Shown here: positions 26,763 through 39,079 of the stretch, piece after piece | Layout: the number at the start of each line of letters is the position of its first letter | Position numbering within the stretch: position 1 is the stretch's first letter | Assembly: GCA_013265495.1 (NCBI GenBank) | Contig: MU058221.1 | Span: 1,922,001 to 1,986,000 of the forward strand | Length of the DNA stretch: 64,000 nt | Reading direction: 5' to 3' | Source: Vicugna vicugna | Lineage: Eukaryota | The notes under the pieces: model-generated | Database searches by the model: none | What the model saw: only the letters and a program-made list of their open reading frames with translations | Told to the model about the DNA's origin: nothing | Program-made: the position numbers and the translations under genes

Positions 26763-27049
26763 ATCTTCCAGGCCAATTACTTTTGTATAAATTAATGGAA
26801 TTTTTGAAAAGAAGGAAATCCAATGTATGTGTTTACTGACATGTAGTGTTTGTACGTGTGTGTGTGTGCGCGCGTGTGCGCCGGGGGTGGGGGGTTCTCC
26901 CGGGGACCATGCACAGAAGGGTTAATAACATGATTTCTTGATTTAAATATTTCTACAAAGCTGAGATTTACAGAGCTTCTCTCCAAAATAATTTCTTTGA
27001 TGCAAAACAAAGTAAAGTGATTGGTCACTCATTTTTTATATTTGTTCGA

Positions 27050-29165
27050 TTAATAAGTTTTCTCCAGTATGACTCTTCTGATACCCTAATAACATTAAAG
27101 CCATTAATGAGAGTAAAAGAAATAGGGCGTTCTGGCTGAAGATAATTCCGCAATGATTACATGTTCTTTCAGTGTACGTTCTGTGATGCTTAATAAGGTT
27201 TTCTTATGGATGGAGTCTTTATAACATTGACATCATTCATATAGCTGCTCTCCTTATGAATTTTATGGTGCAAAGTAAGGGCAGAAACTCTGGCTGAAGA
27301 ATTTTCCACGATGATGGCATTCATTTAATTCCTCTCCTGCATGGCTTCTCTGATGTGAAAAAAGGTGACAGTTCCAACCAAACTATTTTCCATAATCTTT
27401 TCACTCATGGTCCATTCAGTTGTGAATTCTGTCATGCAGAATGTGATGAGATCTCTGGCTTTAAGACTTTGTACATTCAGTTCATTCCTAGAGGCCTTTC
27501 TTATATAGGGGTTCTCTGATACCCAGTGAGGTGGATGTTCTGTCTGAAAGATTTTCCACACTCCAGACGTCCATAGGCTTTCTCTCCGGTATGAGTTATT
27601 CTATGTCTGAGAAACCTATAGTCATGAAAGAAATGTTTTTCTACACTGAGTACGTGTATGCAGTTTGTCACCAGTATGAATTCTCCAATGTGCAAAAAAA
27701 AAAAGAAAAAAATTGGTAAAAGCAACTAAAAATTTGTCTACAGTATTTACATTCATAGGTCCCTCACCACTATGACTGATGTGACGTCAGCGTAGTGAGA
27801 ATTCCAGCTGTGTACGGGCATTCCTCATTTTTTCATGCTTCTCTGCATTGTAATTTTTGTTTTGTTTTTCACAAATTGAAGATGTGTGGCAACCCTGCAT
27901 CGAGGAAGTCTGTCGGTGCCATTTTTCCAACAGCATTTGCTCACTTCCTGTCTCTGTGTCACATGTTGGTTAATTTTCAAAATATTTCAGACCCTCCGCC
28001 AGCAAGAAAAAAATATGACTTCCTGAAGGCTCAGATGGTGCTTAGCGCTTTAAGCAATAAAATATTTTTTAATTAAGCTATGTCTGTTGTTTTTCAGACA
28101 AAATGCTATCACGCACTTAATGGACCACAGTCTGTCACTATAGCGTAAACATGACTTTCATAGGCACCGGGAGACCAAAAAAAAAAGGTGACTTGCATGT
28201 GGTGACATTTTCTTGTGTGCAGTGGTCTGGAGCTAAGCCTGTAAAGTCTCTGAGGTGTGTGTCTCTGTATTCTTTACATTCAAGGGGCTTGTGTTTTTAT
28301 TTATACACTCAGATGTACCAGCGGATGTACCATGAGTTAAAGAGTTGTCACTTTTTTGTACAATTAACTCCTGTGGGAGTTCTTGCAAATTGAGCAGAAT
28401 GGCAGTTCTAATGAAAAGTTTGACTGTATTTATCTCACGTACGTAGCTTTCCCGTTGTACATAGCTTTCCTGATGTCCGCTGAACTTAATTGTGCTTTAA
28501 ACTTTCAACGCGAGTCACATTTGCAGACCTACTCCGTACGCATAGCGAAGCAGGAGGAACGTGATCTCAGTACTTACCGTTTCCACGGTGACTTTGCTTG
28601 GACTGAATGCAGCTTGCGTCACATGTCGCTCCCCATTCTCCCGATAATTGCTCAGCTCGCCTGTCCACGTCCAGACTCTCAGTGACAGTTGCCAGAAATT
28701 GCTTCCCACCACGTCTCCCACTGAAACGTCCCAGAACTGTTTACCTTCAGAAGTGTTACTGTTGAAACTTGATGATTTAGTTTCAACTGCAGGCTGTGAA
28801 CCCGGCCGGATCTGTGGGTGACTTTGTCCACCAGCCTCCGTGGTTCTGCATTTTCCAAATGGAAGACTTACATCCGTTTGGAAAGCTGGTGCCCCAAGGA
28901 GAGCAGGTTTTATATTTCTCAAGCATCGCATTTTTGTGCACAACCAGCTGTGCAGCGTGCGGCAGCTTTTACTCTGCTGGGTGGAGTTCCCAGCCACGTC
29001 CCTGAGGGTCACCCATGTCTGCCACTGGACAGCTAATAACTCAGCTTCTGTGCCCCCCTCTTTCTTGATGGAGATTTTTTGAAGAAAAGTGGGGAGACCA
29101 GAATGGGGCACATTTCCCATCAGGCAGGTGCACTTTGTCTTGGCCGGTCCCCACAGTGCCGCCAC
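27050..29165 (-). pseudogene. Processed KRAB-C2H2 zinc-finger pseudogene, heavily degenerate
   Basis: The minus strand gives a KRAB-A-like segment (WVTLRDVAGNSTQ...) running directly into a KRAB-B-like segment (LLGAPAFQTDV) and the spacer with no introns. Roughly 8 decayed C2H2 repeats follow (e.g. FLRHRITHTGEKAYGRLECGKSFRQNIHLTGYQRT; QKSHTGE near 27065). Many frameshifts and stops; parent gene not identified. Confidence 0.88.
27815..28267 (+). mobile_element. Internally deleted Tigger1 derivative (MITE) inserted in the ZNF pseudogene
   Basis: Tigger1 5'-end sequence (ACAAATTGAAGATGTGTGGCAACCCTGCATCGAG...) fused to its 3'-end sequence (CTGAAGGCTCAGATG...GTGGTCTGGAGC), with TA on both sides. 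Confidence 0.88.
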
Positions 29166-30841
29166 CTCTCGACTCGACTCACATGTACCATGACCCAGCT
29201 AGTCTACGTCCCCTCCCTGCCCCCCTCCCAGGTGCTGGGAGTGCTGGGCTGACCCAGGCCCAGTGCTGCATCCTGCATAGAAATGCCTCTTAAAGAAAGG
29301 GCTCTTCATTCTGTTGTAATATAAGGATTCTGTGTCCACAGGGCACGTAAAATATAGTATTTTAGAACTCAGGTCAGCTTCTGATTTTCCATGTAAACTA
29401 GTGATTTAAAATTTTCCCCTTTAGTATCTGTTTACTAATTTACAAAATAGGACATTGTAGCATAAGGATTAGAAGTCTGCGTTAGCCCACAGAGTGGTTT
29501 GAAACACAGTGGTTCGAAACACATGTCTTTGGGTGGCGTTTTATTAACTGGTTTCTCTGGTTGCCGCAGCTACCATGCCGCTGACACGCGGGTCAGGGCA
29601 GGATTTGTAAGCATGGAATATGCTGCCTGTAGAGTGCAAAGCTTTCTTCTTCCTGCTCATCTGGTCCGATTAACTTAATTTCAGTGACACAGGGGACAAA
29701 CGTCATGCTTTTCAGAACATCGAGATGGTTCAGATCTCTTCGGACTTTTCTCTATGACAGAGGACAGGAGAGTTAATGTAACCCCAGTGCGAGACCGTAA
29801 ATGCACGGTGTTTTTCCTTCCCACGTAGATACAAATGGCTTCTCAACAGACTTTTTAATAGAGTTAGAAAAGGATCGATTCACTAGTTCAGTGCATACAT
29901 GAGTCTGCGTTCATCTGGTCTAGTAAAAAAAGCCCACATTCCACCCTGCAGCTGCAGCTGAGGTTACATCTTGAGTGTATCCGTGGCCGTTTACGGCCCT
30001 CTTCCAGGACCACATGGTTTTTGCAGAGGTTGGTCTGGTAAAATAGGTAGGGACAAGATGGGGACCACCGCCCTGGGTCCTTTAGATCTTGATGGTTCGC
30101 ACTGATTTTTGCTGTTCCCCCTTCAGTGGACGCTGTGTTTTTTATATACTATCTGGGAAGACTGAGGAAGAGAGCGGTTTCTGAGACTTCCCCTGGGCCT
30201 TTCCTTGTCTGATGTTTTATTTTAAAGGACAATGAACCAAACTAGGAGCTGTGCTTGTTTAGTTACGCTTTCAGGGACTGCTGACCCTGACCTCTGGCTG
30301 CGTCCCTAGACCCAGTGGACCTGCCGTGGCCCAGACGTGGGCTGGAACCTGACGCCCGAACATCCCCCCTCTAATGGGGGCAGGGTGTAGTGATGCCTCC
30401 AATCCCTGGAGAGCAATGTCAGTTCATGCTCTGCGTCTAGAACTTCTCAAAATGTCTAGTTTCCGCCTTTGTATGCGGTGTGGTTGCCTTTATAAATGAC
30501 GGATCCTCGGCTGATCCCACCGGGGGCTCTGAAGTTGGAACGGTCCCTCAGAGCTGTTCGGTTTGCAGTCAGAGGACCCCATCCTTGGACTCCTAGGTGG
30601 ACCAGTCACTGAAAGCAGTCTTTCTCTGGAGAGAAGGCATCACCTTGGCGAGGCATCTTCCTACAGGCAAAGGCAATTTCCAGAGAGGGACTCAGGTGTA
30701 AGCCACCAATAGACGTCTCTCCTGCTTTCTGAAGAAATGAGTATTTTGGTCCTGAAAAGGGGATCTCGGCAGCACACCACAGTGTGCACTCCGAAACCGT
30801 GGCCAAATTAAATAGCAGAATGTGATGGAATATAAGAGAAG

Positions 30842-30843
<2 letters not shown>

Positions 30844-30880
<37 letters not shown>

Positions 30881-30990
30881 TATATGTANNNNNNNNNNNN
30901 NNNNNNNNNNNNNNNNNNNNNNNNNNNNNNNNNNNNNNNNNNNNNNNNNNNNNNNNNNNNNNNNNNNNNNNNNNTATATATATATATGTA
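30844..30990. other. Assembly gap (N run 30889-30973) inside a (TA)n microsatellite
   Basis: Directly visible. Confidence 0.98.
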
Positions 30991-31589
30991 AGGTAGTTAA
31001 GAAGCCCAGCTATCCAGATGTTCAGGATTCACCCCCTAGTGTTACCATGACATCGTCAAACACAATATCCGTTCATTCAGTCGCTGTTCACACCACATCC
31101 TGCACGTGTGCGCAGGGCTGGGCACCCTCGCGTTGCTGGGTCCTGACTGTGTCCTAGGGAAGAGCCCTTAGTCCTCACAGCGTGAGTCAAATGAGGCGCA
31201 TCCAGGTGAGCTGCCCACAGCCACGGGCCTGCAGGTGGGAGTGACGGCTAGAACCTGGGTCTGCTCCCAAGGGCTGTTGTCCCCACTGAACCCACAGCTC
31301 TTTATAGGGAGCCTCATCAGGGTAACTCCCTAAAAAGCGGGGAAACTGAGTCCACTGGATCTGTGACAGCGAGATGATTCAAGTCAGGAGGGGATGTTTC
31401 AGTAAACAGGAGTTACGGTTACTTGAGGAAGTGAGGACAGTTTGCAGCTTGTTCGTATGGTTGTGTGTGTGTGAGTATTATATGCTGTCTGTCAGTGCAT
31501 GTCTTCAAATAGATTTTGGCTGTCGAATGGTTATACTGGATCTGCTGTCTTACTCTCCAGTGTGACACACTGTCTTGGTTTTTTTTTTA

Positions 31590-31815
31590 ATTCTTTTTTT
31601 TCCTTTTTCAGTTTTATGATGTGGAATTATTACAGTCCGACTGCACATACACGTTATATTGGGTGTAAATAGTTGTAGACAGTATACGGCACATTTTTTT
31701 TAGTTTACATGTATGTACTGATCATTGTTTCTAAGAACAGATCAGACCCTCAGCTTTTTGAACTGACATCGTTACCAAAGGAATAAAGCCAACCGTCAAA
31801 TAAGAAGCAACAGAA
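31590..31815 (-). pseudogene. Putative retrocopied mRNA 3'-terminal fragment, copy A (may extend further right)
   Basis: Colinear with 37798-38008, sharing GACTGCACATACAC, TTTTTTTTAGTTTACATGTATGTA, ATTGTTTCTAAGAACAGAT and GTTACCAAAGGAATAAAGCCAACC. A T-rich left end would be poly(A) on the minus strand. Parent gene unknown. Confidence 0.6.
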
Positions 31816-32139
31816 TGTGGTGATCCAATCAGAAAGGACAGTCAGGTGTGCTGACGCGTGCTGAGGATCACACTGTTAATGGAAAGTTTTTGTCGCGTTT
31901 AGCCAAGGTGGATGCAGGCTGGCTTGTCACTCATAAGCTGGGCCTTCTTCATAAACAGCGCTGTCTGATGGGACAGGAAATTTCGTTGGTTTGAATGGCT
32001 GAGAATCTGTATCAGATACAGTATTAGTAGCTTCTGCTATGTTGAAGGGAACCATTTGCAGCATCATTTGAGGAAAATCACTCAGCATTATTTGCATTAA
32101 TTGCTGGAAATACCTCCTTTAAGATTGTGTAGGGGAAAA

Positions 32140-32290
32140 AGTTTTGGGTTTTTCTGGGGTATTTTTTTTGGGGGGGAAGCATAATTAGGTTTATTTACTT
32201 CCTTATTTTTAATGGAGGTGCTGGGGATTGAACCCAGGACGTTATGCTTGCTAAGCATGGGCTCTGCCACTGAGCTCTACCCTCCCGCCC
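32140..32290 (-). mobile_element. Vic-1-like SINE
   Basis: TTTAATGGAGGTGCTGGGGATTGAACCCAGGACG...CTGAGCTCTACCCTCCC. Confidence 0.85.
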
Positions 32291-32842
32291 AGGGCAAAGA
32301 GTATGTATGGAGAGCCTTAACATTTTGAGAGGACACATGCCACATAATGTTAAAATATACTTCTGTGCACTGTATTTCAGAGAGCACTGCAGTCAGCCGA
32401 GCGGTGATTCTAGATGGTGCCTTCCAGTGGGACTGACACATTTAGTTATTGAGGTAGTTTCAATACCCCAGAATCAAACAGCCCAGTGCTTCTGGATCCC
32501 ACTTCTGTTAAGGTGTCAAGGTTCCTCTATAAAAAATAAAAATAGGTCATTAGGAAAGGAGGCTCGGCTCATAGAAAGTGTCAGATTGCACTAGACATTC
32601 TATTTCTCTAAAGGAATGCTCTTCTCAAAACGGCCCCACAAAAATGAGGTTATGGTTCTTACTTCATAACTGAGGAAAATGGTGATATTTCCATGGTCTT
32701 GGTTTCCTTCATCTTTTTTTTTTTCCCCTTGTGGCTTTGCCTTGACCTGTTTTAAAGAGGCAAGAAAAAGAAAATCCAGAGACCAGTAAACTTACTGATA
32801 TTTGGTATCAGGGTGTTTTAAAGACCACTTGAAAATCCCATG

Positions 32843-33067
32843 CAGCTGACCCTTGAGCAGCGTAGGTTTGGACTGCGTGGGTTCCCTTACATGTGGACTT
32901 ACGTCGGCTTGGTCATACTGTGGTGCCACGAGATTGACGGTCGGTTGAATCCTCGGGTGTGGAGCTGCGGATGGGGGGCTGGCTCAGAAGTTACACAGGT
33001 GTTCACTCGTTGGTGGGGGCGGGTTGGGGCCATGCTCCCAACCCCCGCACTGTTCATGGGTCAGCTG
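32843..33067 (+). mobile_element. Tigger2-family MITE (MER8/Tigger2a-like)
   Basis: Terminal inverted repeats CAGCTGACCCTTGAGCA ... TGTTCATGGGTCAGCTG. Confidence 0.8.
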
Positions 33068-33347
33068 TGGTTGCCTTTCCTCATTTTAAAGCTGGAACCC
33101 AGAGGGGCCCTGCAGAGGCCGAGGCCGGGTGTCACTCGGCTGCTTAGGAGCTGGGTGTCGCGGTCTTGCAGACTTTGTGCCCGTCCCTTTGTGAGTTGTA
33201 TTTTTGCATGCAAGTTGGACTGCCAAGTAAGACAGTGCTTTACTCTATGCAGATGACGAAAAAAAAAAAAGAAAACAAATAAAAAATCCCCAAAGCTGTT
33301 TCTATCTCTTTTCTTCTTTTTTGGCAAATTTACTCTTGCCTTTTCAG

Positions 33348-33465
33348 GAGCAAAATGAGAAAACCGTTATTCACGGGCATACTTTGCAGTATAGATTGGC
33401 TGAGCAAGCGGCCAGCAGCCTCACCCCGGGGCCCCTCCCTCCGGTGTGCCCCCCTGAATGCGGAG
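33348..33465 (+). other. Candidate plus-strand exon (118 nt, probably non-coding)
   Basis: Polypyrimidine acceptor CTCTTGCCTTTTCAG|G and consensus donor GAG|GTGAGT. Its translations resemble no protein I recognise. Confidence 0.3.
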
Positions 33466-34320
33466 GTGAGTCCTGGGAGGGTGAGATGAAGCTGAAACCA
33501 GCGTCACACGAAGCAATGAAAGAGAGTTTTTGGTCAACGCTCCCATTCATCTTGTAAGCTTCAGTAACTAATATGGGTTTATTACTGATTTAGGAAAGGC
33601 AATCAGCCGTCTCATTTAAGAAGTTACTTGTTTTAACCTTTCACCTGCTCTGTTTCGTATGAACTGTGTCTGAATATATAATTTTATTTTCATACCTTCA
33701 ATAGTATTTCTTTCCACATAAGAAAACAGATTTGTATCAAACCATGTTTTCTATTATGGACAGAATTCTGACCAGAGCATTGACTCTCGTTGTTGATTAT
33801 GTGTCATTTCCACTTGGCAACAGTGTTTCACATTAGGCTTTGCCAAGGTCAACTAATACAATAATATAATAATCACTCAGAAGGTAAGAGAATTGCACAT
33901 TCTTCAAGCGCAGCTCACTGGCCTTGACTAAGAAAAGACTTGGTACAGTTGCTTTCGAAGAGGGGCTCAGTAAGTAAACAGATGTGAGGAATGTAAACGT
34001 TTTCATTGACAGTTCTGAGGATTTACTTTCTCCTTGAAATTTAAGAAATCCACTTGCTCTGACACCACTCTGAGTCTGTAAATTTGGTCCATTACAATTT
34101 TTGCGAAGGCCTCTTTTTTTTCTGATCCAATTATTGTCAAAACGTGTTAACTTCAAGTTTCAAAGAAAATCAGCCTGGGGTCCTTCCTTGGCACTTTATT
34201 GACCATCGCCTTATTATTCTGATTAAGTAGAGCAGTGTCCTTTATATAAATGAGAAACTCTCCTGACTCATCATTAACAGAACAGGTTCTAAGGATTAAT
34301 TTTCTTAAAGTCATGGTAGA

Positions 34321-34681
34321 TGCTCTGGTCTGAAGGTTTGTGTCCCCCTAAAATTCCTGTGTTGATATCCTAATGCCCAGTGTAGTAACATTAGAAGGTG
34401 GGGGCCTTTGGGAGTTTAGGTCAGCAGGGCAGAGTCCTCTTGAATGAGATTCATGTCCTCATGAGAGAGGCTCCAGAAAGCGGGCATGTACGTCCCATCG
34501 TGTGAGGACACAGAGGGACGTCAGCAGCCTGTGACCCAGAGGAGGCCTTCGCCAGAACCCGACCACGCTGACTCCTTGATCTTGGGCGTCCAGCCTCCAG
34601 AACCGTGAGAAGTAAATCTCCATCGTCGATAAGCCACCCGGGCTGTGATGTTTGTTACAGCATCCTGAGTGGATTGAGACG
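34321..34681 (+). mobile_element. MaLR LTR (MLT1A-like)
   Basis: TGCTCTGGTCTGAAGGTTTGTGTCCCCCTAAAATTC...GATCTTGGGCGTCCAGCCTCCAGAACCGTGAGAAGTAAAT...TTTGTTACAGCA. Confidence 0.85.
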
Positions 34682-37600
34682 CTAGGCTGCTGTGGGGTTG
34701 TCCCAGTTCCCTCATTTAATGTGACCCGCCCCCACTGACGGGGTTTTCTGCATTTGCTTAGAGACTGGGCAGGGTTGCAGATGAGCCCATGGCTGAGGAC
34801 TAGAGAGAGCTTCGTCCGTGTAATTCTGTCCAGTTCACAGCAGATCTGCAGGGGCAACCTTGACCTCCCCGGCAGGATGTACCACTGTGTGTGCTGACCC
34901 GACTCGTCATTTTATTCTTGGTTCACCGTGCGTCGGAGAAGTACGAGGCGTGGCTGACATTTTGGTTTCGAGCACCTTCGAACAGACATGATAGTGATGG
35001 CTTCTTGGGCTTGGAATCAAACCAGCCTCCCGATGTATTCCTAGTTCCACTGCTGTGTGTAAACGGCACTCAGATGATGTGTGATGGGTCCGCGTTCTCC
35101 AGTGCTCACACCTGCCCCTCTGAAACGCAGCCTTTGACACCCTCGCTATTTGCCAACGCAGAAGAAGCCAAGTGCTAACATCCCCTGTTCTCTTCCGCAT
35201 AGGGAAGTGCAGTGACATGGGATTTGAAGCCAGACAAACCTGGCTTGAAATACTGACTCCACTAATTATGTTAATTATGTAACTTCGCTTTGAGTTTCAG
35301 TTTTTGAATCTGTAAATAGGATTATATATACATATATATGTATATCTCATAGATTTGGTCTTAAGGATTAAATGATAAAGCAAGTGTTTGGAAATATTTT
35401 TATTGGAGGAAGTCAAAAGAGTTTTCTTGACCTAGTTTTTCAAACTATAAAATAAAATCAGAAGGACCTCCAGGGAGTCACAGAATTTACCTATCTTTAT
35501 CTTCTGGGTTAAGTCATCTTGTCTGCCATGTATTGTCCTTGGCTGGTTGTCAGTGAGAAGCACTTTGTTTCAGAAGCCGGGGACGGAATGTGTTGGGTGA
35601 GGTCTCAATGTTGGAAGGTGTCAGTATCCAGGAGAGAGATCTTGGGGGAGCTAGTAGCAATGCACGTTTGAAAATTAAATGTAATTCGATTTTTAGGTTG
35701 CCTTAGTTTAAAAAAAAATGACCAATGTTTTCAACTGCCTGTTTAATTTTCAACTCTTTGCCTTTTCTAATGATCTCATTTATATCTTATTATCTAAAAT
35801 TTGAACCTCTTATTCTCTGGGTTTGAAAGGCTCTTTTAGGACATATTAAGCCCTTGGAAGTTTACGCTAGGTTCTGTAGTTTAGCCATCTTTTTGTCTTT
35901 AAAATGGTGGTTCCGAATGTGGTGCCATATTCCACGTGAACTTGTTTGACCATAAAATCCATCATGGAATTGACTTCTTGTCACCCTGTGTTCATATGTG
36001 CAAGTTAACCGGCTGCCCTGTGTGGGGTTCTCTTCCTCAGAAGGCATTCACACCTTTCATTTTTGTCAGTGCACGCCTGTGGTATGAACTTCATTAAGTG
36101 AAAACTTTCTGTTCAGTAGAATTACCTGTTTAGCTGTGTGTAGAATTTTCCTGCTGAGGCTTGGACTGGATTTTGTTTTATTTTGTTTTGAAGTGTGAAG
36201 CTCAGTTCGCAGCATTGCACGGAAGCACCAGTGTTTACGCATATACAGCTGTACACACACGTCAACATTCACACAGACACGCCCACATCTCAGACCAGAA
36301 TATAACTATTAGCATATTCTAGTTTTGTACAGGTTTTCCTTAAGAAGTTTAGATAAGGTTCTTAGGTAGTCTCTTAGGTTAGTAAAAGCTTAGCTCGCAA
36401 TCAGACATGCACATAATTGTTACTCACTCACTGCTCAACATGGCAACATTATGCAGACTGATCCAGCCATTTAATGATGAGAAAATGATTCTGCCTATGT
36501 CATTATTAACTGTAACTTAATCGGCTATGATTTTCCATTGATAATGTCATTTTAGTGAGTATTTTCTCTTCTGTTAAACCTCTGAATAGGTACCGGAGTT
36601 CAGTTTGTTAATTAAAACGTATTTCTTGTTTACAGTAGAATTCAATGAAAGATCCACTATGAATCCTGCCCTAAAGTGGCTTTTGATGTCGTAGGAAAGA
36701 CAATAAATAGGAAATACCTGTCACACAGGGCGGGAGGTGCTCCGCACCACACAGAGCTGTAGGAGCTCGGGGTGACAGGCAGAACGGATTTCCAGTTTGG
36801 GGCATCAGCAAGGGCTCAGCTGGGACGGAAAGGGTGACAGAGTTGGGCACAGTGAAATGGAACAGTGTGGGGAGACGCTCAACCAAAGGGCAAACTGGAA
36901 GCCGAAGTCTGTATGCAGTTTTTGTGGAAACTGTGGGAGCTCTTCTTTTTGACTGGAGCTTGGGTAAGTGATCAGTAAGCTTGATGCCTGACGGTGGAGG
37001 CTGTGGACGTGACGCTAAGAAGTCGGAGAATTAGGTACAAGTGCGGGTTCTTTGCTTAGCACGTTGGGAGTTTGCTGTGTACTTTGTCTCTCTCTGTCCT
37101 CCCACCCCAGCCTCTACCTCTGTCTCTCTGTCTTTAGACTGTTAAGATCCTCAGAGGTTTACTCTTTGGTTTACATATGCTCTGCACCTATCATTGGAGA
37201 CGCTGAAACATTTTGATGAGTGAATGTTGAGTAACTAAGAGGGAACTTTGTAGAAAGTCAAGAGAGAGAGCATGTTTTAGGCTAGTACTTTGGGAAGCTC
37301 ACAATCTGGGAAAAATAAAAGCTGGCATGATTGGGTAAGAAGAAACATTGGAAAGAGCTGATGCTGGAGTCAGGCTGTCAGAGGCTGCTTCCCCAGTATA
37401 CGCGGCTAACGTCCACATCTGGCGCTTCACGCTGATCAGCTGGAGACCCTTCAGCCTGATCGATCTCTAAGCTCTACTCTCTGGAGATTATGACTTGGTA
37501 GGTGTGGGGTGGTGCCAAGGATCTGGATTTGGTCGCGATATTTTGCCAGGTCTGGGAACCACTGATAATAGGTGGCATATGATGAGGGCCCGGCCTCATC

Positions 37601-37797
37601 TCCATGTGGAAATTGAGGATGGGGATGTACTGAGGAAATGTCACAGAAATGCAGTTGAGTAAACTTGGGAACAGACACTTTGTTTGGAAGAAAGGGCAGT
37701 ACAGATATGGGAATTGTGAGGTTAAAGTTGATTCTTAAAGAACTGTGGAATAATAGTGATTATGCTAATAATGAAAATATACATACTGCTAATTATG

Positions 37798-38008
37798 TTT
37801 TTCCCTTTTTCAGTTTAATTATGTAGAACCATTACAGTTCGACTGCACATACACATTGTATTGCATGTAAATACACATATACAGCATACTTTTTTTTAGT
37901 TTACATGTATGTATGAATTATTGTTTCTAAGAACAGATTAGATCTTTAGCTTTTTAAACACATAGTTACCAAAGGAATAAAGCCAACCACAAAATAAGAA
38001 TCAACAGA
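37798..38008 (-). pseudogene. Putative retrocopied mRNA 3'-terminal fragment, copy B
   Basis: Homologous to 31590-31815. The minus strand ends ...CATAATTAAACTGAAAAAGGGAAAAA (ATTAAA signal then an A-rich end). The right flank is MIR-like and unrelated to the copy A flank. Confidence 0.6.
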
Positions 38009-39079
38009 TTATTAAAATTACCACTCATGTAGCAGGCTCCGGCTAAGAAATTTACGTACAGTGTCTGATATCGTCCTGGCGAAGACTCTGGCAATCCTCA
38101 ATTTACAGAAAAAAACAATTGGGACTCGGAGAATTTAGTTTGTCTCTGATCAAACAACTAGTGATTGTGTGACATACATGTTTTTATGACTCCAAAAAAA
38201 AAAAATCTTTGTGCCAAAGCAACAAAATAGTGAAGAAAAATCAGCTACAGAATTTTTTTGGACTGACTTGAAAGAGAAAATGACAGTTTAGAGAAAGTGG
38301 TTTTTTAAACAGCAGTTGCTACCGAGAAGTAAATTTGTGTCGGAACTTGAGAAAATCTGCTGGCTTTGGCAATTTGGAGATCGTTAGCAACCTCTGGGGT
38401 TAGAGGCATAGAGGTGGAAGAGGACAGATTACAAGGTTTAGAAGTCTGTCTTCTGAGACCGGGAGGTTGACTGTAGTTGCTCCATCAGCGTGTTGGCGTT
38501 TATGGAAGAGAAAGAAGAGAGATTCTGTTCGATGTTCAGGGTGAACATGTTCATGCACTTTTTAAAATACAGAAATAGACTTGGAGGAATCTGACTGCTG
38601 TGTAACTGTGAAAGTGTCATTGAGATTGGCTTTAATTCAGGCTGCTGGCTTCTAAGAGCAGGAAAAATAATTGGAGACTGTTGAGAGTGTGGATGGCTGG
38701 ATGGATAATGATGTGAATTTGTCTTTTATATTTGCTTTTAAGAAGAAAAAGAGGATGGATATTGGAAAGGCAAAAAGAATGCCTTTTCCTAGAAAAGGCA
38801 GCTCTCTTAAGCTTCTTGGTACCAGGGAATAGAATTTGAATATGGTGAAAAACAAAAAACCAAAAACAGTTGGCACAAAATGGTCCAAAGAGCCACGAAC
38901 AGAAGCTGAGTTGTGACTGTGCCCCCAAAGTGATTGAGACGGAAGGAAATGCTCACAACGAACATTTACTCAGTCTTTATTCCATCCCAAGGCTGCGCAG
39001 TCACGGAGAAGGATCCCAGATTTCACCTCCTGTATTTTTTCTCCAAATTTTACCATTTTCATACTACTTTTTCTCATTT

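Noticed and set aside
28515..29165. 216-aa minus-strand ORF as a functional KRAB protein
   Set aside because: KRAB-A goes out of frame within the ORF, the start is not ATG, and the fingers are destroyed and split by a Tigger MITE.
31664..37873. Pumilio elements (TGTAAATA) in both duplicated fragments as a NORAD-like decoy
   Set aside because: Only one site per copy, and the motif is common in AT-rich and L1 sequence.
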